Shown here in pieces: positions 14,690 through 22,143 of a stretch of DNA of 24,275 nucleotides. Under the pieces are notes generated by a model. That model was given only the letters and a program-made list of their open reading frames with translations. It made no database searches and was not told the DNA's origin. The number at the start of each line of letters is the position of its first letter. Position 1 is the first letter of the stretch. Origin of the DNA: a virus (Duplodnaviria; Caudoviricetes); IMG/VR virus record IMGVR_UViG_3300044267_003379, positions 1-24,275 of that record, one strand, 5' to 3'. A program made the translations under genes and the position numbers.

Positions 14690-14860
14690 ATAAGGTACGT
14701 CTACGCGTAGGGAGACCGTCAACGCGAAACGCGTACTCAACGAAAATCGACAGAGCCGAACGCGTGCGGAGGGGGGTGTGCATACGTATGGTACGTCCCA
14801 TCCATTTTTTGCACAATTTTTCAATATAAACACACCTTATGTATATATAAACACATTAAA
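14690..14860. other. Candidate genome terminus/packaging-initiation region
   Basis: Divergence point between early and packaging genes; abrupt CG-rich to AT-rich switch; GGGGGG run, palindrome CATACGTATG (14781-14790) and T-tracts upstream of terS. Confidence 0.45.
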
Positions 14861-14905
14861 GAGAATATCTACAAAACCTCTATCCTTAACAATATTAACA
14901 CTTAA

Positions 14906-14990
14906 ATAGCCAAGCTATAGCCTTGCCATTTTTTTAAATGGCTAAGCTATGGCATTGCCATGCATATAGAAGTAGAAGTAGAAGTATATA
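14906..14990. repeat. Four ATRGC-N3-GCYAT boxes plus (AGAAGT)3: second copy of the origin-like element
   Basis: Boxes at 14906-14918, 14917-14929, 14938-14950, 14949-14961; AGAAGTAGAAGTAGAAGT at 14968-14985. Confidence 0.8.
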
Positions 14991-15006
14991 TTAATATAAA
15001 AAAATA

Positions 15007-15035
15007 TAAACCTTAGGTTAAGTAAACCTTAGGTT
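15007..15035. repeat. Tandem 13-bp direct repeat TAAACCTTAGGTT (operator-like)
   Basis: Copies at 15007-15019 and 15023-15035, each containing the palindrome AACCT-N-AGGTT. Confidence 0.7.
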
Positions 15036-15130
15036 GCGGATTCAACCTTTTTACTTTTAACTATGATTCGATTATGATTATATTTATTACGGGGCTTGAA
15101 ATTATTTTTTTAACCAATTCAGGAGTAACA

Positions 15131-15325
15131 ATGCCGTACGAACAAAAAGACGATACATTTTCAATATTTACCAATGAAAAAACAAGCGAAAAGCAACCAG
15201 ACTTTACAGGTCAAGGTAAAATTGGCGGTAGAGAGGTCAAGATAGCGGGGTGGAAAAAGGTTGGTAAGACAGGAACTGAATATGTGTCATTTAAAGTTGA
15301 AGATAAAAATAAAGCACCTTTTTAA
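15131..15325 (+). CDS. DUF736-like small putative ssDNA-binding protein
   Basis: AGGAG RBS before ATG 15131; EKQPDFTG..VKIAGWKK..YVSFKV motif, PF C-terminus. Confidence 0.7.
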   Translation: MPYEQKDDTFSIFTNEKTSEKQPDFTGQGKIGGREVKIAGWKKVGKTGTEYVSFKVEDKNKAPF

Positions 15326-15480
15326 TGAATTGTTGGAATTGTAAATATCAACAATTAGGTGGGATGACATTTTTGGGGTTTTGTAAGTATTTTGAAAAAT
15401 TAGGCAAGGAAAAAGAACATATTCCTTCAAATGTTGTTGATAAGGGTTGTAGGTTCTTTAAAATAAAAGATGAAAGTTGA
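15325..15480 (+). CDS. Small Cys-rich protein (51 aa, not in ORF track)
   Basis: MNCWNCKY...GFCKY...KGCRFF; TAATG coupling to the upstream gene. Confidence 0.6.
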   Translation: MNCWNCKYQQLGGMTFLGFCKYFEKLGKEKEHIPSNVVDKGCRFFKIKDES

Positions 15481-16279
15481 ATGTAGAGGTAAAACATTTG
15501 ATGTTTATACTAAAGAAGAATCAAAAAGTCTAAATATAACACCTGTAGATGACTGGAGAAAAGCTGAGGTAGGAGATTGGATACAGACTCAAGATGGAAA
15601 AGTTATACAGGTCATTGGCAGACGTACAGAAAATCACGCAAATTCTAAAAAACCTTATATTTTCATACGTACTGGTTACGGAGAATGCGGTGTTCATAAG
15701 AAACACGTTTATGCTCAAGAACAGCCAAATTATTATCGTGATAAATACTATTTTGGAAAAGATTTAGTAAAAAACGTAAGACCCACCGCAAAGCAAAGAA
15801 CATTCGTAGATGCTTTGTTCCTACATGGGAAAACAGATAAGTTAGGTATGTGGGACTCAGAGTCAATAATTCTTGCCTACCAATCAATATATAAAGACAA
15901 TAACCCTGAACAAGCGCTAAGGCGCGGCATGGGGATACTTAAAAGAAAACATATTAGGGAATATATTGCCATGAACATGAGAGATAAATTAAGCGCAATG
16001 GGGATTGATGATGACTATGTTGCCAACCAATATAAATCAATGATTGAAGACTTGGAAACTCCACCTGCGACGAAACTTAACGCACTCAATAGGGTTAGCG
16101 ATATGTTAGGTCATTTGACCAAAGAAAAGAAAGAAGAGCAAATAGAGGGAGTGTTTGCACTGTCTGATGGCGACATTAAAAGATTGTCTTCCGTAAGAAA
16201 AACAATAGCAGAGACCACCTATGGCTCGAAAACCGACAGAAACGAAAAACTACACACATCATCCACAATCCAAAAGTAG
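15470..16279 (+). CDS. Probable terminase small subunit with extra N-terminal domain
   Basis: TAKQRTFV..AYQSIY HTH-like segment and ATKLNALNRVSDMLG motif; upstream of TerL. Confidence 0.6.
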   Translation: MKVECRGKTFDVYTKEESKSLNITPVDDWRKAEVGDWIQTQDGKVIQVIGRRTENHANSKKPYIFIRTGYGECGVHKKHVYAQEQPNYYRDKYYFGKDLVKNVRPTAKQRTFVDALFLHGKTDKLGMWDSESIILAYQSIYKDNNPEQALRRGMGILKRKHIREYIAMNMRDKLSAMGIDDDYVANQYKSMIEDLETPPATKLNALNRVSDMLGHLTKEKKEEQIEGVFALSDGDIKRLSSVRKTIAETTYGSKTDRNEKLHTSSTIQK

Positions 16280-16445
16280 TGATGTAGATATTACCCAGCC
16301 GGGCGTAATTCATATTGATGAAGAACCATATTTCGTAGATGGAGTTGTTGCTAGATTTATATTAGAACTACTTGATGAAATAGAGGTGCAAAAAGAGCAA
16401 TTAAAAACACTAGAACTGTATATGGGTGAGCATGGAAAAGCATAA
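16221..16445 (+). CDS. Hypothetical protein
   Basis: 74-aa ORF bridging terS and terL. Confidence 0.55.
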   Translation: MARKPTETKNYTHHPQSKSSDVDITQPGVIHIDEEPYFVDGVVARFILELLDEIEVQKEQLKTLELYMGEHGKA

Positions 16446-18072
16446 AGATAAGCAAAAAATGTTAGAAGCCATGTATTTGGATATTTTCACATTTGCAGAA
16501 GTTTTGTTTGGAGACCCTGATAATTCAATGCATTATCACTGTCGCTCTAAATCGCCAGATTTTCATAAAGAAATAGCGAAAACCCTAATAGACATGAATA
16601 GCGGCGATAAATTAGCCGTTGTTGCCCCTAGAGACCATGCTAAATCTACATTCATAAATCTCATATACCCACTTCATCGTATTTTGTTTGGAGAAGAACG
16701 CTTTTTATTGCTTATTTCTGAATCTGAGATGCAGTCGAAGTACAATCTTGAGGCGATTGGTAATGAGATTGAGTTCAATCCTAAAATAAAGTATTTTTTT
16801 GGCGACAGGAAAGGCGCTGTATGGGGAAAAGAAGAAAAAGAGGTCATAGGGGCAGTTGACGAATATGGGAAGCCGAGCGTAATGTGCAAATGCCTTATTC
16901 GTGGTACTGGTCAAAAAGTTCGTGGATTAAAATATGGAGCCTATCGTCCAACCTTAACAATAATTGACGATGGAGAGGGTGAGTCAAATAGCACTACCCC
17001 TACAGCACGAGATAAATTTAGAAGATGGCTGAATGCAGCCGTAATTCCCGGTTCTGGAGATGCAAAGCTTGTATTTATAGGTACAATCGTGGATACAGAT
17101 GCTTATTTAAACAGAATTGCCGGTCCACTTGCTTACGATAAAGAAGGAAATTACAAGGTCAAGGGCTGGAGGTCGTTATTTTTTCAGGCAGTTCCGCAAG
17201 ATTTGCCAAGCGGAAAGTTTTCTACCTCTGGAAATGAATTTCTGGACAAAAAAGGGAACGTAAAAGTTCTTTGGAAGGATAGAAGACCGTATTCGTGGTT
17301 GATGGCTGAAAAAGAAAGATTGAAGTCAGAGGGGGACATAGCCTATTTTTATCAAGAATATCAAAATATCCCAGTTGATGATAGTTTTCGTATATTCAAA
17401 TCAACAGACATGAGATACTGGGAGGGTAGATACATGTATGAGGATGAGCAAAGTTTTATCATGAGAACTGACGAGGGAAGAAGAATAAAACTACCTGTTA
17501 ATATTTTTTTGGGAGTCGACCCTGCATCAAGCGAGAATGTAAAAGCAGATTATACTGTAATAATGGTAATTGCTGTAGATAAAGAGTATAATATTTATGT
17601 ACTTGATTACTTTAGAGGGCAAGTCGCACCGATGGACGGTGCTGATAAATTATTTGAGCTAGCAGACATGTATCATCCAAGAGATATAAAAATTGAAGAA
17701 ACTGGTCATGTCATGTTAGCGGATTATGTTCGTAGGCATTCAAAAGAAACAGGAAGATTTTATAATATCAATACTAGAAAGGCAATTAAGGCTAAATATT
17801 ACCGCATTAAACAAATGCAGCCACATTTTGCATCACATTCTGTTTTTTTAAAAGAAACCCATGAAGAATTAGAAACAGAACTTTTAAACTTTAAAGAACA
17901 TGGAACATTTAAAAAAGATACGCTAGATGCATTACGATGGGCAATAGACGATATATGGGCGCCAGATGTTGAACAGAATGAAAAAGGAGAATGGTTAGCA
18001 CCTCCGCCAGTTACGGAAGTGGATTGGGAGACCGGTCAAATGTTCAGCGCAGCAGACTTTGTTGAAGCGTAA
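16426..18072 (+). CDS. terL: Terminase large subunit
   Basis: Walker A APRDHAKST, Walker B IIDDGE, coupling motif FIGT, nuclease motifs LGVDPA..ADYT and DTLDAL. Confidence 0.93.
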   Translation: MSMEKHKDKQKMLEAMYLDIFTFAEVLFGDPDNSMHYHCRSKSPDFHKEIAKTLIDMNSGDKLAVVAPRDHAKSTFINLIYPLHRILFGEERFLLLISESEMQSKYNLEAIGNEIEFNPKIKYFFGDRKGAVWGKEEKEVIGAVDEYGKPSVMCKCLIRGTGQKVRGLKYGAYRPTLTIIDDGEGESNSTTPTARDKFRRWLNAAVIPGSGDAKLVFIGTIVDTDAYLNRIAGPLAYDKEGNYKVKGWRSLFFQAVPQDLPSGKFSTSGNEFLDKKGNVKVLWKDRRPYSWLMAEKERLKSEGDIAYFYQEYQNIPVDDSFRIFKSTDMRYWEGRYMYEDEQSFIMRTDEGRRIKLPVNIFLGVDPASSENVKADYTVIMVIAVDKEYNIYVLDYFRGQVAPMDGADKLFELADMYHPRDIKIEETGHVMLADYVRRHSKETGRFYNINTRKAIKAKYYRIKQMQPHFASHSVFLKETHEELETELLNFKEHGTFKKDTLDALRWAIDDIWAPDVEQNEKGEWLAPPPVTEVDWETGQMFSAADFVEA

Positions 18073-18075
18073 GAT

Positions 18076-18720
18076 ATGAAAATTTTAAATCTTTATGCTG
18101 GCGTTGGGGGTAATCGCAAATATTGGTCAGGTGAAAATCAAATTGTTGCTGTTGAAAAAAACAAAGAAATAGCAAGTATATATAAGTCATTTTTCCCAAA
18201 AGATAAGGTCATTGTTGGGGATGCGCATGAATACTTAGCAACGAATTGGAAAAAATTTGATTTTATTTGGAGTAGTCCACCTTGCCAATCACATAGCAAG
18301 GTTAGGATGATGGCAAGTAAATCAGGTAGTTATGACGCTGTTATGCCCGATATGAAACTGTGGGCAGAGATATTATTTCTTAAAAACTTTACAAAAAACA
18401 CAAATATCAAATGGGTGGTTGAAAATGTAAACCCTTATTACGAACCTTTAATACCTCCAAGCCAGAAACTGGGAAGGCATTTAATGTGGTCAAATTTTTA
18501 TATTCCGAATAAAGACTTTGGAGACAATCTTACCCACAATGAAAGAGGTTCTTCTAGGACTGGCGTATTTGACTTAACAGAAATTAAAACTAAGCATAGA
18601 AAAGACCAAATCATAAGAAATAGCGTGAATCCGGAAATCGGAAAATATATACTTCACATTGTTCACAATAAAGAAATAAGCACAGATAAAGACCAACTGA
18701 AGTTACAGTGGTTAAATTAA
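18076..18720 (+). CDS. Short C5-cytosine DNA methyltransferase
   Basis: Motif I LNLYAGVGG, motif IV SPPCQSHS, motif VI VVENV, motif X-like RNSVNP. Confidence 0.85.
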   Translation: MKILNLYAGVGGNRKYWSGENQIVAVEKNKEIASIYKSFFPKDKVIVGDAHEYLATNWKKFDFIWSSPPCQSHSKVRMMASKSGSYDAVMPDMKLWAEILFLKNFTKNTNIKWVVENVNPYYEPLIPPSQKLGRHLMWSNFYIPNKDFGDNLTHNERGSSRTGVFDLTEIKTKHRKDQIIRNSVNPEIGKYILHIVHNKEISTDKDQLKLQWLN

Positions 18721-19101
18721 ATGGGAAATTTTGATATAGACCTAGATTTTGGTCAAATATATGAAGAAAAGGTTAGAAAATTATTTGAGGGCGAAGGCTC
18801 AATTGAAGTAAAGACCGAAAGAGATATTTGGGCAGATACTGGAAATGCTGCAATAGAAATCAAGTCCAGAGGAAAACCGTCCGGTATTTCAACAACAGAA
18901 GCAAAATGGTGGATTCATGTCTTTACAATAGAAAGCGATGTAAAGTTCATGCTCATGTTTAGGGTTGATAAATTAAGAAAAGCTGTTAAGTATATGTATT
19001 TAAACGACTTAGCGCACAAAATAAACGGAGGTGACAATAATACTTCCGAGTTACTTCTTGTTCCAATATCTACATTAATTTTATTAAATAAAAAATTTTG
19101 A
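18721..19101 (+). CDS. PD-(D/E)XK-like phage protein
   Basis: FDIDLDFGQIYE..IEVKTER..TGN..IE..GKPSGISTTEAKWW. Confidence 0.65.
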   Translation: MGNFDIDLDFGQIYEEKVRKLFEGEGSIEVKTERDIWADTGNAAIEIKSRGKPSGISTTEAKWWIHVFTIESDVKFMLMFRVDKLRKAVKYMYLNDLAHKINGGDNNTSELLLVPISTLILLNKKF

Positions 19102-19126
19102 TTATTGCAAGACTGTTTTGTAAGAT
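19098..19126 (+). promoter_or_regulatory. Putative promoter for the portal gene
   Basis: TTGATT-N17-TAAGAT ending 13 nt before the portal ATG; no SD visible. Confidence 0.45.
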
Positions 19127-19139
19127 TACAACATAACAT

Positions 19140-21146
19140 ATGTTAGACTTACGTCAGCTTGAAACTAAGAAAATTTCAGCAGAGGAGGTAAGAGCAGACT
19201 ATCTGCTCTTTGAAAGCTCTTCTAGCGAATACCGCTATCAAATGGCGGAAGACCAAGAATTTTATCTTGGCTCTCAGTTGACCAAGTCACAAAAGAATTA
19301 CTTGCTCAGTGTGGGACAACCCCCAGAAGCTAATAACAAAATACGCCCCGCCGTCGAGCAGGTATTAGCGAATATCGCCGCATCTGCTCCTGAATGGGAT
19401 GTTCACGCTGTGGGCAAGACCGACAATGATGCGGCATTCGTTTTCGACCAACTCCTTGATAAGATTTGGTATGAATCGGACGCTGATGTTCATTTTAGGC
19501 AGGCTTGTAAGGATTTTATTGTAAAAGGTCTTGCATACATGTATATATATCCCGATTGGCAGGGGGATGGTGGTCTTGGCACTATAAAAGTAAAAAGAAT
19601 GCCACCTGAATCTATTTTTGTAGACCCCAATAGTTCAATGACAGACTTCTCAGATGCTAGCGCAATAATATATTCTGACCTTCATACAAAAGAACATTTA
19701 AAAATATTATTCCCTAAGTATGCAAAGCAAATAGAAGACGCCAAGGAAGACCATCAAAGGAATGAGATGGAGAGTGGCAAGTATTCAAGGGACCACATAG
19801 AGACAAGAGGAGGTCATGACCTTGACCATCAAAGTAGAGTAAGAAAGTATTGCTACTTTGTTAAAGTAAACATACCACACGCCTTAATACTTGATACAAA
19901 TACAGGAAGAAATCAATTATACACAAAAGATGAGTATAAGGAGCTTATTAAAGATAATAAGTATGAAGACTTTATAAAAGAAGGCATCATAACTGAACAA
20001 GTAGCATACCAAACGAGAGTTAGGGAAGTTTTTGTTGTTGGAGATACGGTCCTGTATGATGAGATACTTCCCATCTCTGAGTATCCCATTGCTGTCGCAT
20101 GTAACGAACATGCTGGCAATCCATTCCCAAGTGGAGATGTTAGGCATGCTAAGACACCTCAGCGTATGCTGAACAGGACCGAAGCATTGATTATATCTCA
20201 TACTAATGCTACAACAAATTTTAAACTTTTATATGAAGATGGGGCTATAGATGCTAGCGAAATACAGAAATGGCATATTCCAAATGCCATAATACGGGCT
20301 AATCCGGGTGCATTAGCAGCAGGAAAAATCAAAGAATTTGCTCCTCCAGCAGTCTCTTCAAGTTTATACGCAGAAAAGGGGAGATATGAGGTAGATATTG
20401 AAACTGTATTTGGGGCTTACAAGTTTCTACAGGGCAACGCCCAAGGCGCGCCGGGGACTGTTGGGGAAGCGCAAATAATGGACGAATCCTCCTCAAGAAA
20501 GCAAAACTGGAAAATCCTCCCTATATACGACATGCTAACAAGAACGGCTAAAGTTGTGACCCAGTGGATGCCTAGTGTTTATGACCAGCAAAGAACTTTA
20601 AGGATTGTAAGTCCGGTTGGCGACGAAAATGAAGTTAATTTAAATATACCCGTTATTGACGATAAAACAGGTGCGGTTAAAAAATTATATGATATGCAAA
20701 CATCACAATTTGATGTAAGAGTAGTAGTTGGCTCTACTCGTAGTAAATCTCCAATGGCTGAATTACAAAAAGATTTAACTCTCTTAAATGCAGGTATTTA
20801 TGATAAAACGCAAGTAATCATGAATATGAAAGGCGACATAGATAAGGCGTCGTTAATGCAAAGAATGGGAGAAATAGCAAATTTACAGGCGCAGTTGCAA
20901 CAGGCGCAGGAAGAACTCAAGAAAATGCAGGGTGACCTGCAAACTAGAGAGCGTGAAGTATTCCATGCAAATATGAGGGCTGAAATAAGTGAGGCTACCA
21001 AACCAGTTTCTGAGGCGGTAAGCAACATTAAGTCCAATTCAAAGCTGGAACTAGCGCGACAAAGAGACAAGACCCGCATGGTCGGTGAGGAATTGTCTAT
21101 TGCAAAACAAGCGATTAACTCAGAATCCAAAGCTCCGCAAGCATAG
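19140..21146 (+). CDS. Portal protein (P22-like)
   Basis: EDQEFYLGSQ..NKIRPAVEQV..IFVDP..KTPQRMLNR pattern, C-terminal coiled coil, position after TerL. Confidence 0.88.
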   Translation: MLDLRQLETKKISAEEVRADYLLFESSSSEYRYQMAEDQEFYLGSQLTKSQKNYLLSVGQPPEANNKIRPAVEQVLANIAASAPEWDVHAVGKTDNDAAFVFDQLLDKIWYESDADVHFRQACKDFIVKGLAYMYIYPDWQGDGGLGTIKVKRMPPESIFVDPNSSMTDFSDASAIIYSDLHTKEHLKILFPKYAKQIEDAKEDHQRNEMESGKYSRDHIETRGGHDLDHQSRVRKYCYFVKVNIPHALILDTNTGRNQLYTKDEYKELIKDNKYEDFIKEGIITEQVAYQTRVREVFVVGDTVLYDEILPISEYPIAVACNEHAGNPFPSGDVRHAKTPQRMLNRTEALIISHTNATTNFKLLYEDGAIDASEIQKWHIPNAIIRANPGALAAGKIKEFAPPAVSSSLYAEKGRYEVDIETVFGAYKFLQGNAQGAPGTVGEAQIMDESSSRKQNWKILPIYDMLTRTAKVVTQWMPSVYDQQRTLRIVSPVGDENEVNLNIPVIDDKTGAVKKLYDMQTSQFDVRVVVGSTRSKSPMAELQKDLTLLNAGIYDKTQVIMNMKGDIDKASLMQRMGEIANLQAQLQQAQEELKKMQGDLQTREREVFHANMRAEISEATKPVSEAVSNIKSNSKLELARQRDKTRMVGEELSIAKQAINSESKAPQA

Positions 21147-21170
21147 CGGATAACTTAAAAGGAGCATCGT

Positions 21171-22085
21171 ATGACAAATGAAGACCAGAAAAATCAGAAT
21201 GAAGAAATGAACGAAGATAACCTTATGGCTGAACTCGACGAGTTTAACGAAGGCTCTTCTCCAGAAGCTGAACAGGAACAGCCAGTTGAGACTCAACAGG
21301 CTTCCTCAGAAGCCGAACAAGTTCAAGAAGAGCAATCTGATGAGAAAACCGATAAAGAAGAACCAGAGAATGAATCTAAGGTTGAGCAATGGTTAATTGA
21401 GAATAAGTTTACAGATGACGAGGAAGGTAAGAAAAAACTAGCAGATGCTTATAAGCAACTTCAATCAAAGTCCGATAAGGAGCGTAACGAATGGAGTGGT
21501 GAAAAGCAAAAATATGAAAAGCTAGCGCAATTAGATGACTTTCTTGTGAACAATCCAGATGTGGTTCAAAAACTGACAGAGTCAGTTCAAGAGAAGCAGA
21601 AGGATTTAAACGCTCCACCTGTCAAGCCTGATGACTATGACATTCTTGATGAAAGCATTGATAACTCTAGCTCTGCAATATGGCGAGAAAAACACGATAA
21701 GTGGCTTATAAGCCAAGGTGCAACTCAAGCCATGGTGGAAGTTGAAAAACTAAAGTCTGAACTTTCAGAAGCTCAGGCGTTTGATGCAGAAACCGAAGAG
21801 TTACAGAAAATGGGGTTAAGCGATACGGAAGTTGTCGAATATAGGCAATTTATGGCTGACCCGAATAATGTATCTCAGGAGAACTTAGTTCAAATCTGGA
21901 AAACTTTATCGAACAAAGGGAATAATCCCCAAAAAGGGTCGTCTCAGCAGACTCCAAAGGTAAGGAATAAGCAAAATAGCGCTGCTGCCGTTACTGGTAA
22001 TGCGCCACAAGCAATTGAGCCTGAAGAAAAAACAGTAGATGACTTTTGGAAAGGGATTATGGAATTCAATAATACAAATACATAG
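21171..22085 (+). CDS. Capsid scaffolding protein
   Basis: Acidic low-complexity N-terminus, LADAYKQLQSK helix, located between portal and capsid; AAGGAG RBS. Confidence 0.75.
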   Translation: MTNEDQKNQNEEMNEDNLMAELDEFNEGSSPEAEQEQPVETQQASSEAEQVQEEQSDEKTDKEEPENESKVEQWLIENKFTDDEEGKKKLADAYKQLQSKSDKERNEWSGEKQKYEKLAQLDDFLVNNPDVVQKLTESVQEKQKDLNAPPVKPDDYDILDESIDNSSSAIWREKHDKWLISQGATQAMVEVEKLKSELSEAQAFDAETEELQKMGLSDTEVVEYRQFMADPNNVSQENLVQIWKTLSNKGNNPQKGSSQQTPKVRNKQNSAAAVTGNAPQAIEPEEKTVDDFWKGIMEFNNTNT

Positions 22086-22119
22086 TGTTATAATTCTGTA
22101 AGATGGATTGTAGCGCTAT
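22082..22119 (+). promoter_or_regulatory. Extended -10 promoter (TGTTATAAT) overlapping a 15-bp G-U-rich hairpin upstream of the capsid gene
   Basis: TG-T-TATAAT at 22086-22094; ATAGTGTTATAATTC-tgtaagat-GGATTGTAGCGCTAT. Confidence 0.55.
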
Positions 22120-22143
22120 TGTAACATAAATAGGAGGTATAAT

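Noticed and set aside
14434-14833. ORFs 14434-14829 (+), 14559-14816 (-) and 14612-14833 (-)
   Set aside because: No convincing RBS or protein motif; open frames are expected by chance in this GC-rich stretch, which looks regulatory.
171-21618. Many antisense or alternate-frame ORFs in the track (e.g. 171-395, 690-1004, 1789-1986, 6659-6994, 9769-10050, 10626-11075, 20798-21130, 21409-21618)
   Set aside because: They overlap well-supported genes, mostly on the opposite strand, lack RBSs and have shadow-like composition.
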